Assembly: GCA_033764315.1 (NCBI GenBank)
Contig: JANRJA010000023.1
Location: 64,926 to 128,925 of the forward strand
Origin: Oculatellaceae cyanobacterium bins.114
Lineage (GTDB): Bacteria; Cyanobacteriota; Cyanobacteriia; Elainellales; Elainellaceae
Direction: 5' to 3'
DNA length: 64,000 bases
The translations under genes were made by a program, and so were the position numbers. The notes beneath the pieces were generated by a model. The model was not told the DNA's origin and searched no databases. It worked only from the letters and a program-made list of their open reading frames with translations. How positions within the stretch are numbered: the stretch's first letter is position 1; the number at the start of each line of letters is the position of its first letter. Shown piece after piece: positions 1-9,821 of the stretch.

Positions 1-1
1 A

Positions 2-376
2 CAACGTAATCTCAAGATTGTCTCTGGGGGCACTGACAACCACTTAATGTTGGTGGATGTACGATCTGCCAATATGACTGGCAAGCGAGCCGACCAGTTG
101 GTGAGCGAGGTCAATATCACGGCTAACAAAAACACCGTTCCCTTTGATCCAGAATCGCCCTTTGTCACCAGTGGCTTGCGACTTGGCTCTCCTGCGATGA
201 CCACGCGTGGCATGGGTGTTGTGGAATTCACTGAAATTGCCAATATCATTGCCGATCGCCTTCTCAATCCAGAGGATGCCACGGTTGCGGCTGATTGTCG
301 TGCCCGTGTTGCAAAATTGTGCGATCGCTTCCCGCTCTACGCTCACATGACGGTGCCAGTGCCCGCGCTAGTGTAA
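2..376 (+). CDS. glyA: serine hydroxymethyltransferase, 3' part (5' end outside window)
   Basis: Frame open from base 2: ...[44 protein letters not shown], hallmark GlyA C-terminal motifs. Confidence 0.96.
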   Translation, partial: QRNLKIVSGGTDNHLMLVDVRSANMTGKRADQLVSEVNITANKNTVPFDPESPFVTSGLRLGSPAMTTRGMGVVEFTEIANIIADRLLNPEDATVAADCRARVAKLCDRFPLYAHMTVPVPALV

Positions 377-450
377 GAGCGAAGAAAGAAGAGCGAAAAG
401 CGAAGAAACAGACTTCAGAAATTGAATTCATTCTTCGTTCTTCACTCTTC
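377..450. repeat. opposed ~7-nt purine/pyrimidine short tandem repeat tracts (STRR-like) between convergent genes
   Basis: GAGCGAAGAAAGAAGAGCGAAAAGCGAAGAAA followed by TTCATTCTTCGTTCTTCACTCTTCTT. Confidence 0.55.
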
Positions 451-2040
451 TTGTTTTCGGATGAATTGGTGCAATGCCTGCTCAAGCTGTGGTGAAAATT
501 CAATAGGTAGGCGATCGGCGCGGATATAGAGATCGCGTTGTGGAAAGGGCACTTCGATTTGGTGCTGCCTTAGTAACGCTTCGATGCGGAAGTAGAGATC
601 GCTTTTGAGTGGCACTTGTTTACTGGGTTCTGCGGTCCACACGAGCAATTCAAAATCTAAACTGCTATCGCCAAAGCCAGTAAAAAAGACTTGGGGGGGT
701 GGGGTTGAGAGCACCCAGTGATGGTGACTAGCCGCCTCTAATAGCAGCGATCGCACAACCTCAACATCAGAACTGTAGGCAACTCCTACAGGAATATGGA
801 TGCGGGAGATAGGGTTGTCGTGGCTCCAGTTAATCACTTCCCGCTCTAAAAAACGTGAGTTAGGTACGATGATCGACACTTGATCGAGGGTGCGAATGAG
901 CGTGCTACGAGCCCCAATGCGCTCAACAGTTCCTTGAAAGTCACCGACTTCGACAAAGTCACCCACTTGAATGGGACGTTCAAAGACGAGCACCAGACCA
1001 CTGCCAAAGTTTTTAGCAATATCTTGCAGACCAAACCCGATCCCTACGCTAAGGGCACTTGCCAGAATTGCCAGAGAGCTGATGTCAAGCCCCCAAATTT
1101 GCAACAGGACTAAACTGCCGATAAAAATTAAGCTGTAGCGCAGCACGATCGCCACTGCTTCTTGGGCACCGCGATTGACGCCAGTGCGCTCTAGAACCCT
1201 TGACCTCAGAAAATCGGTTGATGTTTTAGAGAAGATAATTAAACCCAGCAACATCCCGACCAGGATGATCAAGTTGGTAATGGAATATTGACTGTTGCCT
1301 AAAGTCAGGATGGGTGAGGTGAAGCTTGAAATCAAAATTCTGCCAATTTCATAGCTCCAATATCGAGTCATAGGAAAGAGTCGGGACACATAAAAGAGCA
1401 CCCCAATCCACACGATTCCACGAGCGATCGCCAACCCAGCTTTGAGCAGAGTATTGACGAGTCGAGGAATGTCAGATAACTCCCCCGATGGAGCACGCGG
1501 CAACAATCGCTGAATTGCCCGATGCAACGGGTGTCTCCATAGCCACCCCAACCCCCAATGCAACGCCAACGCGATCGCCACCATTGCAGCACCCAACAAT
1601 ACAGCGTTTTTTAAGTAGTTAGAAGAACGATAATATTGCGCCTCCTGCACCGCTTCTTGGAGTTCTCTGGCCCATTCTCCAGCTTGTTGAGTCACCGTGT
1701 TGCCAGGTAAAACATCTCGCTGAGTCACCGTTAGCAGATAGCGATCGTTCAACACAATCGTTGGGGCTTGATTGCGCTCAACGACTTTTACGTCAACAGA
1801 CTGCCGCGATCGCACCAGATCTTCTAAGGTCGAGTTAATGACAGTGGCTCGATTGCTGGCGGTCAGTTCATCAGTTGCCCCCACTTGAAACAGCACCGCT
1901 CCATCGACCACAACGGCAGACGTCGATGCTCCTTTTGCAGAAGCAGGGGTGAGCCAAAGTACTAGCACCAAGATCAGAGGGAAGGCGATCGTTTGAAGCA
2001 GGGGAAACCGAGACAACTGACGCGATCGGGCTTGACTCAT
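442..2040 (-). CDS. mscS: MscS family mechanosensitive ion channel with N-terminal extracytoplasmic domain
   Basis: GIGFGLQDIAKNFGSGLVLVFERPIQVGDFV..IIVPNS..FTGFGDSSLDFEL..IEVPFPQRD; ATG at 2040 preferred over TTG at 2088. Confidence 0.92.
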   Translation of the reverse strand: MSQARSRQLSRFPLLQTIAFPLILVLVLWLTPASAKGASTSAVVVDGAVLFQVGATDELTASNRATVINSTLEDLVRSRQSVDVKVVERNQAPTIVLNDRYLLTVTQRDVLPGNTVTQQAGEWARELQEAVQEAQYYRSSNYLKNAVLLGAAMVAIALALHWGLGWLWRHPLHRAIQRLLPRAPSGELSDIPRLVNTLLKAGLAIARGIVWIGVLFYVSRLFPMTRYWSYEIGRILISSFTSPILTLGNSQYSITNLIILVGMLLGLIIFSKTSTDFLRSRVLERTGVNRGAQEAVAIVLRYSLIFIGSLVLLQIWGLDISSLAILASALSVGIGFGLQDIAKNFGSGLVLVFERPIQVGDFVEVGDFQGTVERIGARSTLIRTLDQVSIIVPNSRFLEREVINWSHDNPISRIHIPVGVAYSSDVEVVRSLLLEAASHHHWVLSTPPPQVFFTGFGDSSLDFELLVWTAEPSKQVPLKSDLYFRIEALLRQHQIEVPFPQRDLYIRADRLPIEFSPQLEQALHQFIRKQEE

Positions 2041-2286
2041 AGCACAACAGACTGAAGGGTCGCAAAGAATATTAGGTTTAAGGAGCAAAAACTAGAGCCT
2101 AACGGATGGTTTGGGGTGGCTAACGAGACAAATGCATGGTTAGCGGGCGCGATCGCACAGACCAAAGTGCCCCACAGCGATAAAAATCTTCCTGGGAGTT
2201 TAGGCTGTGTTGTCAACCAATCCCCTTCATTCTTCACTAGATGGTACTTGTGCAGGTAACAGTTCCCGGCTTAGTTTGCTCCCAGC

Positions 2287-2769
2287 TCAGTTTGCCTCAA
2301 TCAATTCAAAAAAGGCATCCTCTAACTCATAGCCCAGCATTTGAGTCATAAACTTAATTTTGCTGCGTCCATTGATCCCATGTTGACGAAACCACTCCAT
2401 CAACACAAACACCTTTTGCATCACAAACAACTCCAGAGCTTCTGGATTGTATTGGATTCCTTCGGTTGTGCTGAACTGATGAGGGACAAGCATGGCAGTA
2501 TAGCGGGCTAACTCTCCAGCTTCCCAATCGAGGAGATAGGGCAACCAGGGATAACGAGCATCTAAGCGGACAAACCAGAGCCGAACTTCTGGGATCTCCG
2601 ACAATTCACGGGGATCTTGAGGATCACGAGGATCGGTAAACTCAAAGCGGAGTTGCTGTTCTTGGTCGGTAATGACCCCTGTTTGCAGCCACTTTTCAAG
2701 CACATTCTGGGCTGGGGTCAAATCTAAATGATTCAAACAGTCAGAACTGAGTGGAATAATAACGGTCAT
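2287..2769 (-). CDS. crr6: CRR6 family NDH-1 (NdhI) maturation factor (DUF1817)
   Basis: DPRELSEIPEVRLWFVRLDARYPWLPYLLDW..ARYTAMLVPHQF motif. Confidence 0.88.
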   Translation of the reverse strand: MTVIIPLSSDCLNHLDLTPAQNVLEKWLQTGVITDQEQQLRFEFTDPRDPQDPRELSEIPEVRLWFVRLDARYPWLPYLLDWEAGELARYTAMLVPHQFSTTEGIQYNPEALELFVMQKVFVLMEWFRQHGINGRSKIKFMTQMLGYELEDAFFELIEAN

Positions 2770-3158
2770 AGCTTCTTTAAATGAGTCGTGCGATCGCCCC
2801 TAGCCAGTCTAAAACACTTCATCACCTCAGGGTTGATGTGCAATAGACATTTGCAGAAGTTGTAAGTTAAAGTGGTAGTGAGTTTGTTTTATGGGTCTCA
2901 GTCTATTGCTTAATTCAGTCATCGTCACGTTGATCTGCTCAAAACTCTGACCTGGTTATGTTTGCATTGACACCCGTATAAAGCCAACCTTCGTTGCAAT
3001 GTTTCTGCTATAGCTCCATAGACCACCATTCAATGCTGATTTTTGGAATATTGGACTGTAGAAATTGCAACACCCAACGATGAGGTGTCATCGATAAAAT
3101 AGATAGATATTCACTAACCGTATAACAAAACTACTGTTCAGGTTGAGAGTGCTGGGTT

Positions 3159-3620
3159 ATGTATAGCGAAGGGGCCATGAAAAAACCAATTCGGTCGTTA
3201 GAAGATGCTGTTGATCGGTGCCAGATGTTAGGGATGCGCCTGAGTAAACAGCGTCGATTCATTTTGGAGTTGCTGTGGCAGGCAAAAGAGCACCTTTCTG
3301 CTAGAGAAATCTACGATCGTCTGAATCAGCAAGGTAAAGAGATTGGGCACACTTCAGTCTATCAAAACCTGGAAGCATTGTCTGATCAGGGCATTATTGA
3401 GTGTATTGACCGAGCCGATGGCCGCCTCTATGGCAATATCAGTGACCCTCACAGCCATGTCAACTGCCTTGACACTAAACAGATTATGGATGTGCATGTG
3501 CAGTTGCCCAAAGATTTGCTAGACCAGATTGAGCAACAAACAGGCGTCCGCATTGTAAATTACTCCATTGATTTCTATGGTTATCGTGCCGCTGAAGCGT
3601 TAGAGCCTGCGATCGACTAA
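3159..3620 (+). CDS. furC: Fur family transcriptional regulator, FurC/PerR type
   Basis: RLSKQRRFILELLW..HLSAREIYDRL..IGHTSVYQNLEAL..HSHVNCLDT closely resembles Anabaena FurC as I recall it; alternative start 3177. Confidence 0.85.
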   Translation: MYSEGAMKKPIRSLEDAVDRCQMLGMRLSKQRRFILELLWQAKEHLSAREIYDRLNQQGKEIGHTSVYQNLEALSDQGIIECIDRADGRLYGNISDPHSHVNCLDTKQIMDVHVQLPKDLLDQIEQQTGVRIVNYSIDFYGYRAAEALEPAID

Positions 3621-3745
3621 AATCGCCAGTCTCATCGATACCCAATAATTCACAAAAAAGCATTACACGGTATTGAATGAGTGCACTATATTCTGCAACC
3701 TCATCTATAGTGTTGGCATAGAAGACATGTGCAACCTCTTGAGGT

Positions 3746-5749
3746 GTGGCGAGGGTTTCGGTGAAGAAGCAAGTGGATCCATTTGGCACAAAAATCATAG
3801 CTGAATCTAATTGGCGACCCGAAGCAGGTTCAACCGAAGTGCCGCCTGCTAAGCCGTCTATGCCCAAGGCTGGAGTGAGCCGTGGTCATCCACCCGTGTT
3901 GCCGACGATGACCCCCGCTATGCCAACTGAGCAACCTAGCCCTAAAAAAACAGCCCCGACTAAACCCGTCAGACCTCGACGATTGAGGCGACCCAGTAAA
4001 GCCTGGACCTGGTCAGTTCTCTGTTTTAGTGCGTTGGGGCTGGTAGGTGGCTTGGGGATCAGTGCCTTTTTGTGGCTCACCAATCTGCCCCCTTTGCCGG
4101 ATTGCCAGAAAATTTCTCCTCTTTCGGCGGATATGGAGCGGCTCTATTGTGCTCGTGAGGCAGCACAGTCGGGTCAGTCAAGCCAATTGATCGCTGGGAT
4201 CAAACTCGTACAGGGATGGTCTTCTACCCATCCGCTTTATCCAGAAGCACAAGAGTTGCTGAATCAATGGTCTGCTCAACTGTTGGCGATCGCCCAAACC
4301 ACCGCAGAAGAATCGGGGCTGGATCGGGCTGTTGAGATTGCTACCCAGATCCCTGAAAGCAGCACCAGTTATGCTAAGGCTCAAGCTGCAATGGCGCAAT
4401 GGCAAGCCGAATGGAAACAGGGTGAGGCAATTTATGCCAAAGCGCAAGAAGCTTTAAAGCATCAACGCTGGAATGAGGCGGCGGCTCAAGTTCCGGTTTT
4501 GGGTCGGCTTGAGAATAATTATTGGCGGCGTGAAAAAACCAGTGAGTTAACTCAGCAGGTTTTGACTGAGAAGGCTTCTAGAGAAAGGCTGCAACAGGCC
4601 ATCTTGTTAGCCACGACTGACGAACCGGATCAGTTGGGACAGGCGATCGCGCTAGTGCAAACGGTGAACCCTAAAACCTATGCTTGGCCTGAAGCGGAAG
4701 CTGTGTTGAATGAATGGAGCCAACTGTTGTTAACGGCTGGGATGCAGCGGTGGCAACAGGGAGATTTGACAGGGGCGATTACGTTGGCGCATCACGTCCC
4801 GCTTGACTTAGAGATGGAACCTGAGGCACGAAACTTGATTCGATTTAGTCGGGCTCACAAGCTTGCCACTCAAAACCTCAGCCCCTATGATCCATCGGTT
4901 AAAGAAATTTTGAGTTTGATGGAAGCGGTGTCAGCGTTGAGACAGATTGACTCTAGCAGTGCTCTCTATGCTCAAGCGCAAGCAAAAATCACCGACTGGC
5001 AACAACAAATTGATGATTTAGCGCAACTGCAATATGCCTATTGGACGGCCAGTTTGGGACAACGTATCACCTATGAAGTGGCGATTGGGCAGGCCCAACA
5101 TATTGCGGCTAACCGTCCTCAACGGGTTCGGGCACAAACGCTGATTGCCCATTGGGGTCAACAAATTGAGCGGATTGAAGATCAACCTTATTTGATAGCG
5201 GCGCGAAGTCACGCGGCACGAGGAACCGTTGCGGCACTGCAACAGGCGATCGCTGCGGCTCAACAAGTGCCTTTGGGACGGGCTTTGCGAAGCGATGCTG
5301 ATTTGGCGATCGCTCAGTGGAGTCAGCAAATTCAGGTGATTGAAGACAAACCCTTGCTGGATAGAGCACAAACCCTGGCACAGCAGGGCAAGTTGAGTGA
5401 AGCGATCGAAGCTGCAACGGCGATTCAGTCGGGACGTGCGCTGTATGAACAGGCTCAAACGGCGATCGCCAACTGGAGAGCAGAAATTCGAGAGGCACAA
5501 ATTGCTCAAGATCGACGCATTCTCGATGAAGCGGCGTCGCTGGCGGCCTCGACTCGGCTGACCCTGGCCATTGAGAAAGCGTCACAGATTGGGTTTGGAC
5601 GACCCCTCCGGGATGAAGCTCAGGCCGCGATCGCCCAATGGGAGTCAGAGCGAGATGCCATTTGGGAAACGTGGGCCAATAGCCCAGACGAGCCATCTGA
5701 CTCCTCTGAGAGCTATTCTGCTGAAGATAACGGTGACTATGCTCAATAA
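3746..5749 (+). CDS. membrane-anchored alpha-helical repeat (TPR-like) protein, conserved cyanobacterial hypothetical
   Basis: Pro/Arg-rich N-terminus, one TM helix, LPPLPDC..ERLYCA, then repeated AI..A..I..G..LY..AQ..I..W units. Confidence 0.75.
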   Translation: MARVSVKKQVDPFGTKIIAESNWRPEAGSTEVPPAKPSMPKAGVSRGHPPVLPTMTPAMPTEQPSPKKTAPTKPVRPRRLRRPSKAWTWSVLCFSALGLVGGLGISAFLWLTNLPPLPDCQKISPLSADMERLYCAREAAQSGQSSQLIAGIKLVQGWSSTHPLYPEAQELLNQWSAQLLAIAQTTAEESGLDRAVEIATQIPESSTSYAKAQAAMAQWQAEWKQGEAIYAKAQEALKHQRWNEAAAQVPVLGRLENNYWRREKTSELTQQVLTEKASRERLQQAILLATTDEPDQLGQAIALVQTVNPKTYAWPEAEAVLNEWSQLLLTAGMQRWQQGDLTGAITLAHHVPLDLEMEPEARNLIRFSRAHKLATQNLSPYDPSVKEILSLMEAVSALRQIDSSSALYAQAQAKITDWQQQIDDLAQLQYAYWTASLGQRITYEVAIGQAQHIAANRPQRVRAQTLIAHWGQQIERIEDQPYLIAARSHAARGTVAALQQAIAAAQQVPLGRALRSDADLAIAQWSQQIQVIEDKPLLDRAQTLAQQGKLSEAIEAATAIQSGRALYEQAQTAIANWRAEIREAQIAQDRRILDEAASLAASTRLTLAIEKASQIGFGRPLRDEAQAAIAQWESERDAIWETWANSPDEPSDSSESYSAEDNGDYAQ

Positions 5750-5771
5750 GCTGACTATGCTCAATAAGCTG
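5734..5771 (+). repeat. perfect 18-bp tandem duplication spanning a stop codon
   Basis: TGACTATGCTCAATAAGC x2 followed by TG. Confidence 0.9.
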
Positions 5772-5800
5772 TTCTGGTTGTGAATTCTCTATAGGCACTG

Positions 5801-7645
5801 ATGAGCGATCGCCCTCTCAACCTCATGCTGATCGATGATGACCCAGTATTTCGGCTGGGGTTGAGGTTTTGGCTGAATCAATTTTCTGATCTCACCGTGT
5901 TGGCTGAGAGTGATAGCGGCATCCAGGCATTAGAGCAATTGCAAACTCCAGCAACAACGAGTGCAGACAGGGCTGAACCTGGACAACCCGTTGCTGGGTT
6001 GCATGAGCAGTTAAATCTGGTGATTCTGAGTATCAGTTTGGGACAGAGTGATCTCAGTCAAATGCAGGGGTTAAGCCTGTGTAAGGAGATACGACAGCGT
6101 TATCCTCAGTTGCCCGTGCTGGTGCTGAGTGCCTTTGCAGAGCCACTCATGGTTGCCGCCGCACAGCAAGTCGGAGCGACCGGGTTTTGTCTTAAATCAG
6201 TCAACACAACCGCTCTGAGCCAGATCATTCGACAGGTGGCGATGGGTGAGTTTGATTGGCAAATCACCCCTGCCAGGGTTGAGCAAGCTGAGATACGAGC
6301 TAGTGCTCCCCGTGAGGAAGCTCCTCCTCTTAGCCGCCCCGATACATCTCTGACTCCTCAACCTGTGCAAAATCCCAGTCCGTTGGTGGTGTTACGGCGT
6401 AATTTGCGCTTACAGGGGTTGCAGCAGATTGATGGAGCGATCGCAGAGCTAACTGAACAACTCCAAAACCTAGATTTATCGTTGCTTAACCGAGCCGTTT
6501 TAGCCGGACGTTATCGAGAGCTACGAGCGTCACGCTGGTTAGTGCAACGATTATTAGCCACTCCAGATCTCTCCAGTTCACCTGCCAACTCAGAGAGAGC
6601 CGAGACCCAAATTATTCCTGCTGAGGCTGAGTCAGCCTTAACCAGAACATCTACAAGCGTCCCGTTGTTGAATGCGGTGATCGATCACCACCGATTGCAA
6701 GCGGTGTTGTTTGATCGAGCACTGTCAAACATTCAAACCAGTCTGCACAATCAAACAGGAACAGCTCTAGAAATCGATATTTTGCGTGAAGACAAAAAAC
6801 GAGAACTGTTCTATTTAATCTTGCGAAAATTTGAAGACTTGTTGAACGAGTTGCGTTATTCTCAAGTGCAACCTGGGCAGTTATTAGAAAAGCGATCGCC
6901 AATTTTATTAAATTTATGGCAAGAGGTGACGACTGATTTTATTGGCAAATATTACACCGTTTCAGTTAAAAATCAGGCGATCGAGGTGGTTTCTAATTTG
7001 GTGCAAGCTGCCGATTTTATGCAAGCAGAGGTTTTAGAGAAAATCCCTTTTGTCACAGATCTATTAGAGCATTTGTTATTTCATACTCCATTGTTGGTGA
7101 ATGGAACACCATATCCGGCTGGCAATCCAGAATCACTGACCAGAGCAGAAGCTCTCTTGGATCATTTATTGATTCAAATTGCTAATGGTGTGATGCAACC
7201 GCTCTTAAACCAGTTTCCTAATATCGAAGAAATTAAACAAGATTTTTATGATCGGCAGTTGATGTCTAACCGAGAAATTGAACGATTTAGAAACAATTTA
7301 TCCTGGCGATATCGGTTAGACCGAATTGTAGTTGAACCGAGTGATATTTTTGAAAGCCAATACCGATTGTGGGTATTTCAAGGAGCGGGCATCAAGCAAA
7401 TGGAGATTTATGCGCCCCGTAACCACGAGTTAGAAGACCTCTCTGGAGTGCGATTGCTCGTGACCCTGGCCCTCGAAACCCGTGATGCGATCGCCCCGCG
7501 ATTGCGATCAGCCATTTCTGTGGTGGGAAGCAGTTTAGTGTATGTACTAACTGAAGTGCTGGGGCGGGGCATTGGGTTAATCGGACGTGGCGTTCTCAAA
7601 GGGATTGGCTACTGGCAAGAGGGCGATCGGGCGAAGAGAAGATAG
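5801..7645 (+). CDS. receiver-like domain + DUF3685 protein (Ycf55-like)
   Basis: LMLIDDDPVFRLGL receiver start; C-terminal REIERFRNNLSW..IFESQYRL..LETRDAIAPRL..GRGIGLIGRG. Confidence 0.8.
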   Translation: MSDRPLNLMLIDDDPVFRLGLRFWLNQFSDLTVLAESDSGIQALEQLQTPATTSADRAEPGQPVAGLHEQLNLVILSISLGQSDLSQMQGLSLCKEIRQRYPQLPVLVLSAFAEPLMVAAAQQVGATGFCLKSVNTTALSQIIRQVAMGEFDWQITPARVEQAEIRASAPREEAPPLSRPDTSLTPQPVQNPSPLVVLRRNLRLQGLQQIDGAIAELTEQLQNLDLSLLNRAVLAGRYRELRASRWLVQRLLATPDLSSSPANSERAETQIIPAEAESALTRTSTSVPLLNAVIDHHRLQAVLFDRALSNIQTSLHNQTGTALEIDILREDKKRELFYLILRKFEDLLNELRYSQVQPGQLLEKRSPILLNLWQEVTTDFIGKYYTVSVKNQAIEVVSNLVQAADFMQAEVLEKIPFVTDLLEHLLFHTPLLVNGTPYPAGNPESLTRAEALLDHLLIQIANGVMQPLLNQFPNIEEIKQDFYDRQLMSNREIERFRNNLSWRYRLDRIVVEPSDIFESQYRLWVFQGAGIKQMEIYAPRNHELEDLSGVRLLVTLALETRDAIAPRLRSAISVVGSSLVYVLTEVLGRGIGLIGRGVLKGIGYWQEGDRAKRR

Positions 7646-7678
7646 AAAAAAGCAAATTTGGGCTACGAATGCTAGACA

Positions 7679-8293
7679 ATGACAGAGGTAGCCTTTCATG
7701 AATCGAGAGTTGTAATGGCTTTCTGTCGCTCTTTAATCTCTAAAGCCCTCTCTAAGCTGGTCGTTACTCTTGTGCTTGGGATTGTGTGTTTCCTGATGCT
7801 AGGGACTCCTAGTGCACTGGCGGTGTTAAATGATGACCACTATGACGGCAATATTTATCCACTGTATGCCGGTAATGGTTATCTGGTGCCACCTCGCGTC
7901 ACGCTGGCTCAGTCTCTCAAAGCAGAAACTCCTACGATCCTCGTTTTCTATATCGATGACAGCAGCGACTGCAAACTCTTTGCCCCCGTTGTCTCTCAAC
8001 TAGATGCGTTTTATGGACGGGCGGCCAATATTTTGCCTGTGAGTGTTGATATGCTTCCGGTTAAGGCAGAGTATGACCCAACTGAACCAGCCTATTATTA
8101 CAAAGGTTTAGTGCCCCAAGTCCTCGTGTTTGATCAAGCTGGGAAAGTCGTGTTAGACGAAACTGGGATGATTGCCTTTGAAAAAATTGATGATGTCTTG
8201 CGACAAGTCTTTGATTTGTTGCCCCGGGCTGAATCGACTGAACTCAGACGACGAGTGGTCAATGAAATCAATACTGAGTTGGTGCCTAACTGA
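7679..8293 (+). CDS. thioredoxin-like thylakoid protein (photosystem I accumulation factor / Slr1796-like)
   Basis: Signal/TM segment, DDHYDGNIYPLYAGNG, FYIDDSSDCKLF (single-Cys Trx-like motif). Confidence 0.7.
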   Translation: MTEVAFHESRVVMAFCRSLISKALSKLVVTLVLGIVCFLMLGTPSALAVLNDDHYDGNIYPLYAGNGYLVPPRVTLAQSLKAETPTILVFYIDDSSDCKLFAPVVSQLDAFYGRAANILPVSVDMLPVKAEYDPTEPAYYYKGLVPQVLVFDQAGKVVLDETGMIAFEKIDDVLRQVFDLLPRAESTELRRRVVNEINTELVPN

Positions 8294-8341
8294 GGTTTAA
8301 TGACGTAGGGCTTGTCGTAATTACTCACTCACATCAAACCT

Positions 8342-9748
8342 ATGGACTCGGTCTGGCAACAGCTCACCTTAATGAATCTATCGCCTCGGCAGTGGGTCAG
8401 GGCAAGCTATCTGCACCGTCTGGTTGGGATATTGCAGACGTGGCGGCAAGGCAGTTGGCTGATGCAATGGGCAGACCCGCTAGGTCTGGTATTGGTGGTG
8501 ACGGTGGTTGGCTTGGCCCCATTTATATCAACCACGTTAATTGGGCTGTTATTGTTAGCATGTGCGGCTTTTTGGGTGCTGCTGACGCTATCGGATGACG
8601 CGGGCTTGGGCTTGACCCCTATCCACTTATTGGTGGCTTTGTATTGGGGTATCTCGGTGATTGCTACGGCACTCTCTCCGGTTAAAACAGCAGCCCTTGA
8701 GGGCTTGATCAAGCTGACGCTCTATATTCTTTTCTTTATTTTGATGGCGCGATTATTGCGATCGCCCAGGCTCCGTTCAGTGTTGATCACGGTCTATCTC
8801 CATGTGGCATTGCTGATCAGTGTGGTGGGGTTGCGCCAGTGGCTTTTTGGGGCTGATGCCTTGGCAACCTGGGTTGATCCTGAGTCAACCTTGGCAGGTA
8901 CGACGCGAGTCTATAGCTATTTAGGCAACCCTAACCTGTTAGCGGCTTATCTGGTGCCAGCTGTGGTCTTTAGTGGGGCGGCAGTGTTTGCCTGGAAGAA
9001 TGTGACCGCCAAGCTGTTGGCAGTCATGATGTGTCTGGTTAATGCGGCTTGTTTGGTATTGACCTTTAGTCGGGGCGGTTGGATTGGTCTGGTTGTTGCC
9101 AGTTTTGTCTCACTGATCTTGTTGGTGCGCTGGTCGAGTATTCATCTGCCTCGATTTTGGCGACGCTGGGCATTGCCGCTGGTGCTGGGAGTGTCAGCCG
9201 CGTTTGTCATCGTAGCGGTGGCAACAGTAGCTCCCTTACGCGATCGCTTCTTTAGCATTTTTGAGGGACGCGAAGATAGCAGCAACAACTTTCGACTCAA
9301 TGTATGGGCGGCGGTGCAAGAGATGATTCGCGATCGCCCCATTTTGGGTATTGGTCCCGGTAATGATGCTTTCAACTACGTCTACCCTCGCTATCAGCGC
9401 ACAGGCTTCACAGCGTTGAGTGCTTATTCAATTTTTCTAGAAATTTTGGTCGAGACTGGGTTCATTGGCTTCAGTTGCTTTCTCTGGTTACTGCTGGTGA
9501 CGCTTAACCAGGGATGGTCTCGCTTGCAGCAGATGCGGCAAACCAGCGATCGCGAAGGCTATTGGCTCATGGCTGCGATCGCCACAATGACAGGAATGTT
9601 GGCACATGGACTGGTGGATACAGTGTGGTATCGCCCGCAAGTCAGCACCCTTTGGTGGTTGATGATCGCGATCGTCGCGAGCTATTACTGGGTCGATTCC
9701 AGCAGATCTGCGGCTGCTGTTGCAGCCACAGATAACCCTGAGCAGTAG
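8342..9748 (+). CDS. ictB: IctB family membrane protein (O-antigen ligase-like)
   Basis: RVYSYLGNPNLLAAYL, LTFSRGGWIG, REDSSNNFRLNVW, GIGPGNDAF, DTVWYRPQV. Confidence 0.9.
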   Translation: MDSVWQQLTLMNLSPRQWVRASYLHRLVGILQTWRQGSWLMQWADPLGLVLVVTVVGLAPFISTTLIGLLLLACAAFWVLLTLSDDAGLGLTPIHLLVALYWGISVIATALSPVKTAALEGLIKLTLYILFFILMARLLRSPRLRSVLITVYLHVALLISVVGLRQWLFGADALATWVDPESTLAGTTRVYSYLGNPNLLAAYLVPAVVFSGAAVFAWKNVTAKLLAVMMCLVNAACLVLTFSRGGWIGLVVASFVSLILLVRWSSIHLPRFWRRWALPLVLGVSAAFVIVAVATVAPLRDRFFSIFEGREDSSNNFRLNVWAAVQEMIRDRPILGIGPGNDAFNYVYPRYQRTGFTALSAYSIFLEILVETGFIGFSCFLWLLLVTLNQGWSRLQQMRQTSDREGYWLMAAIATMTGMLAHGLVDTVWYRPQVSTLWWLMIAIVASYYWVDSSRSAAAVAATDNPEQ

Positions 9749-9821
9749 CAACCAAGAAGCCGAAGATCTGACGCTCATTCTCAGCTAACTTGTTATCCTT
9801 CATCCCCTGGCTTTCAGCCTT

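Noticed and set aside
3484-5798. Minus-strand ORFs 3484-3867, 5018-5509 and 5109-5798
   Set aside because: Antisense shadows of well-supported plus-strand genes; no motifs
8342-9748. IctB as a bicarbonate transporter
   Set aside because: Historical name only; the motifs are O-antigen-ligase-like and transport cannot be supported from sequence
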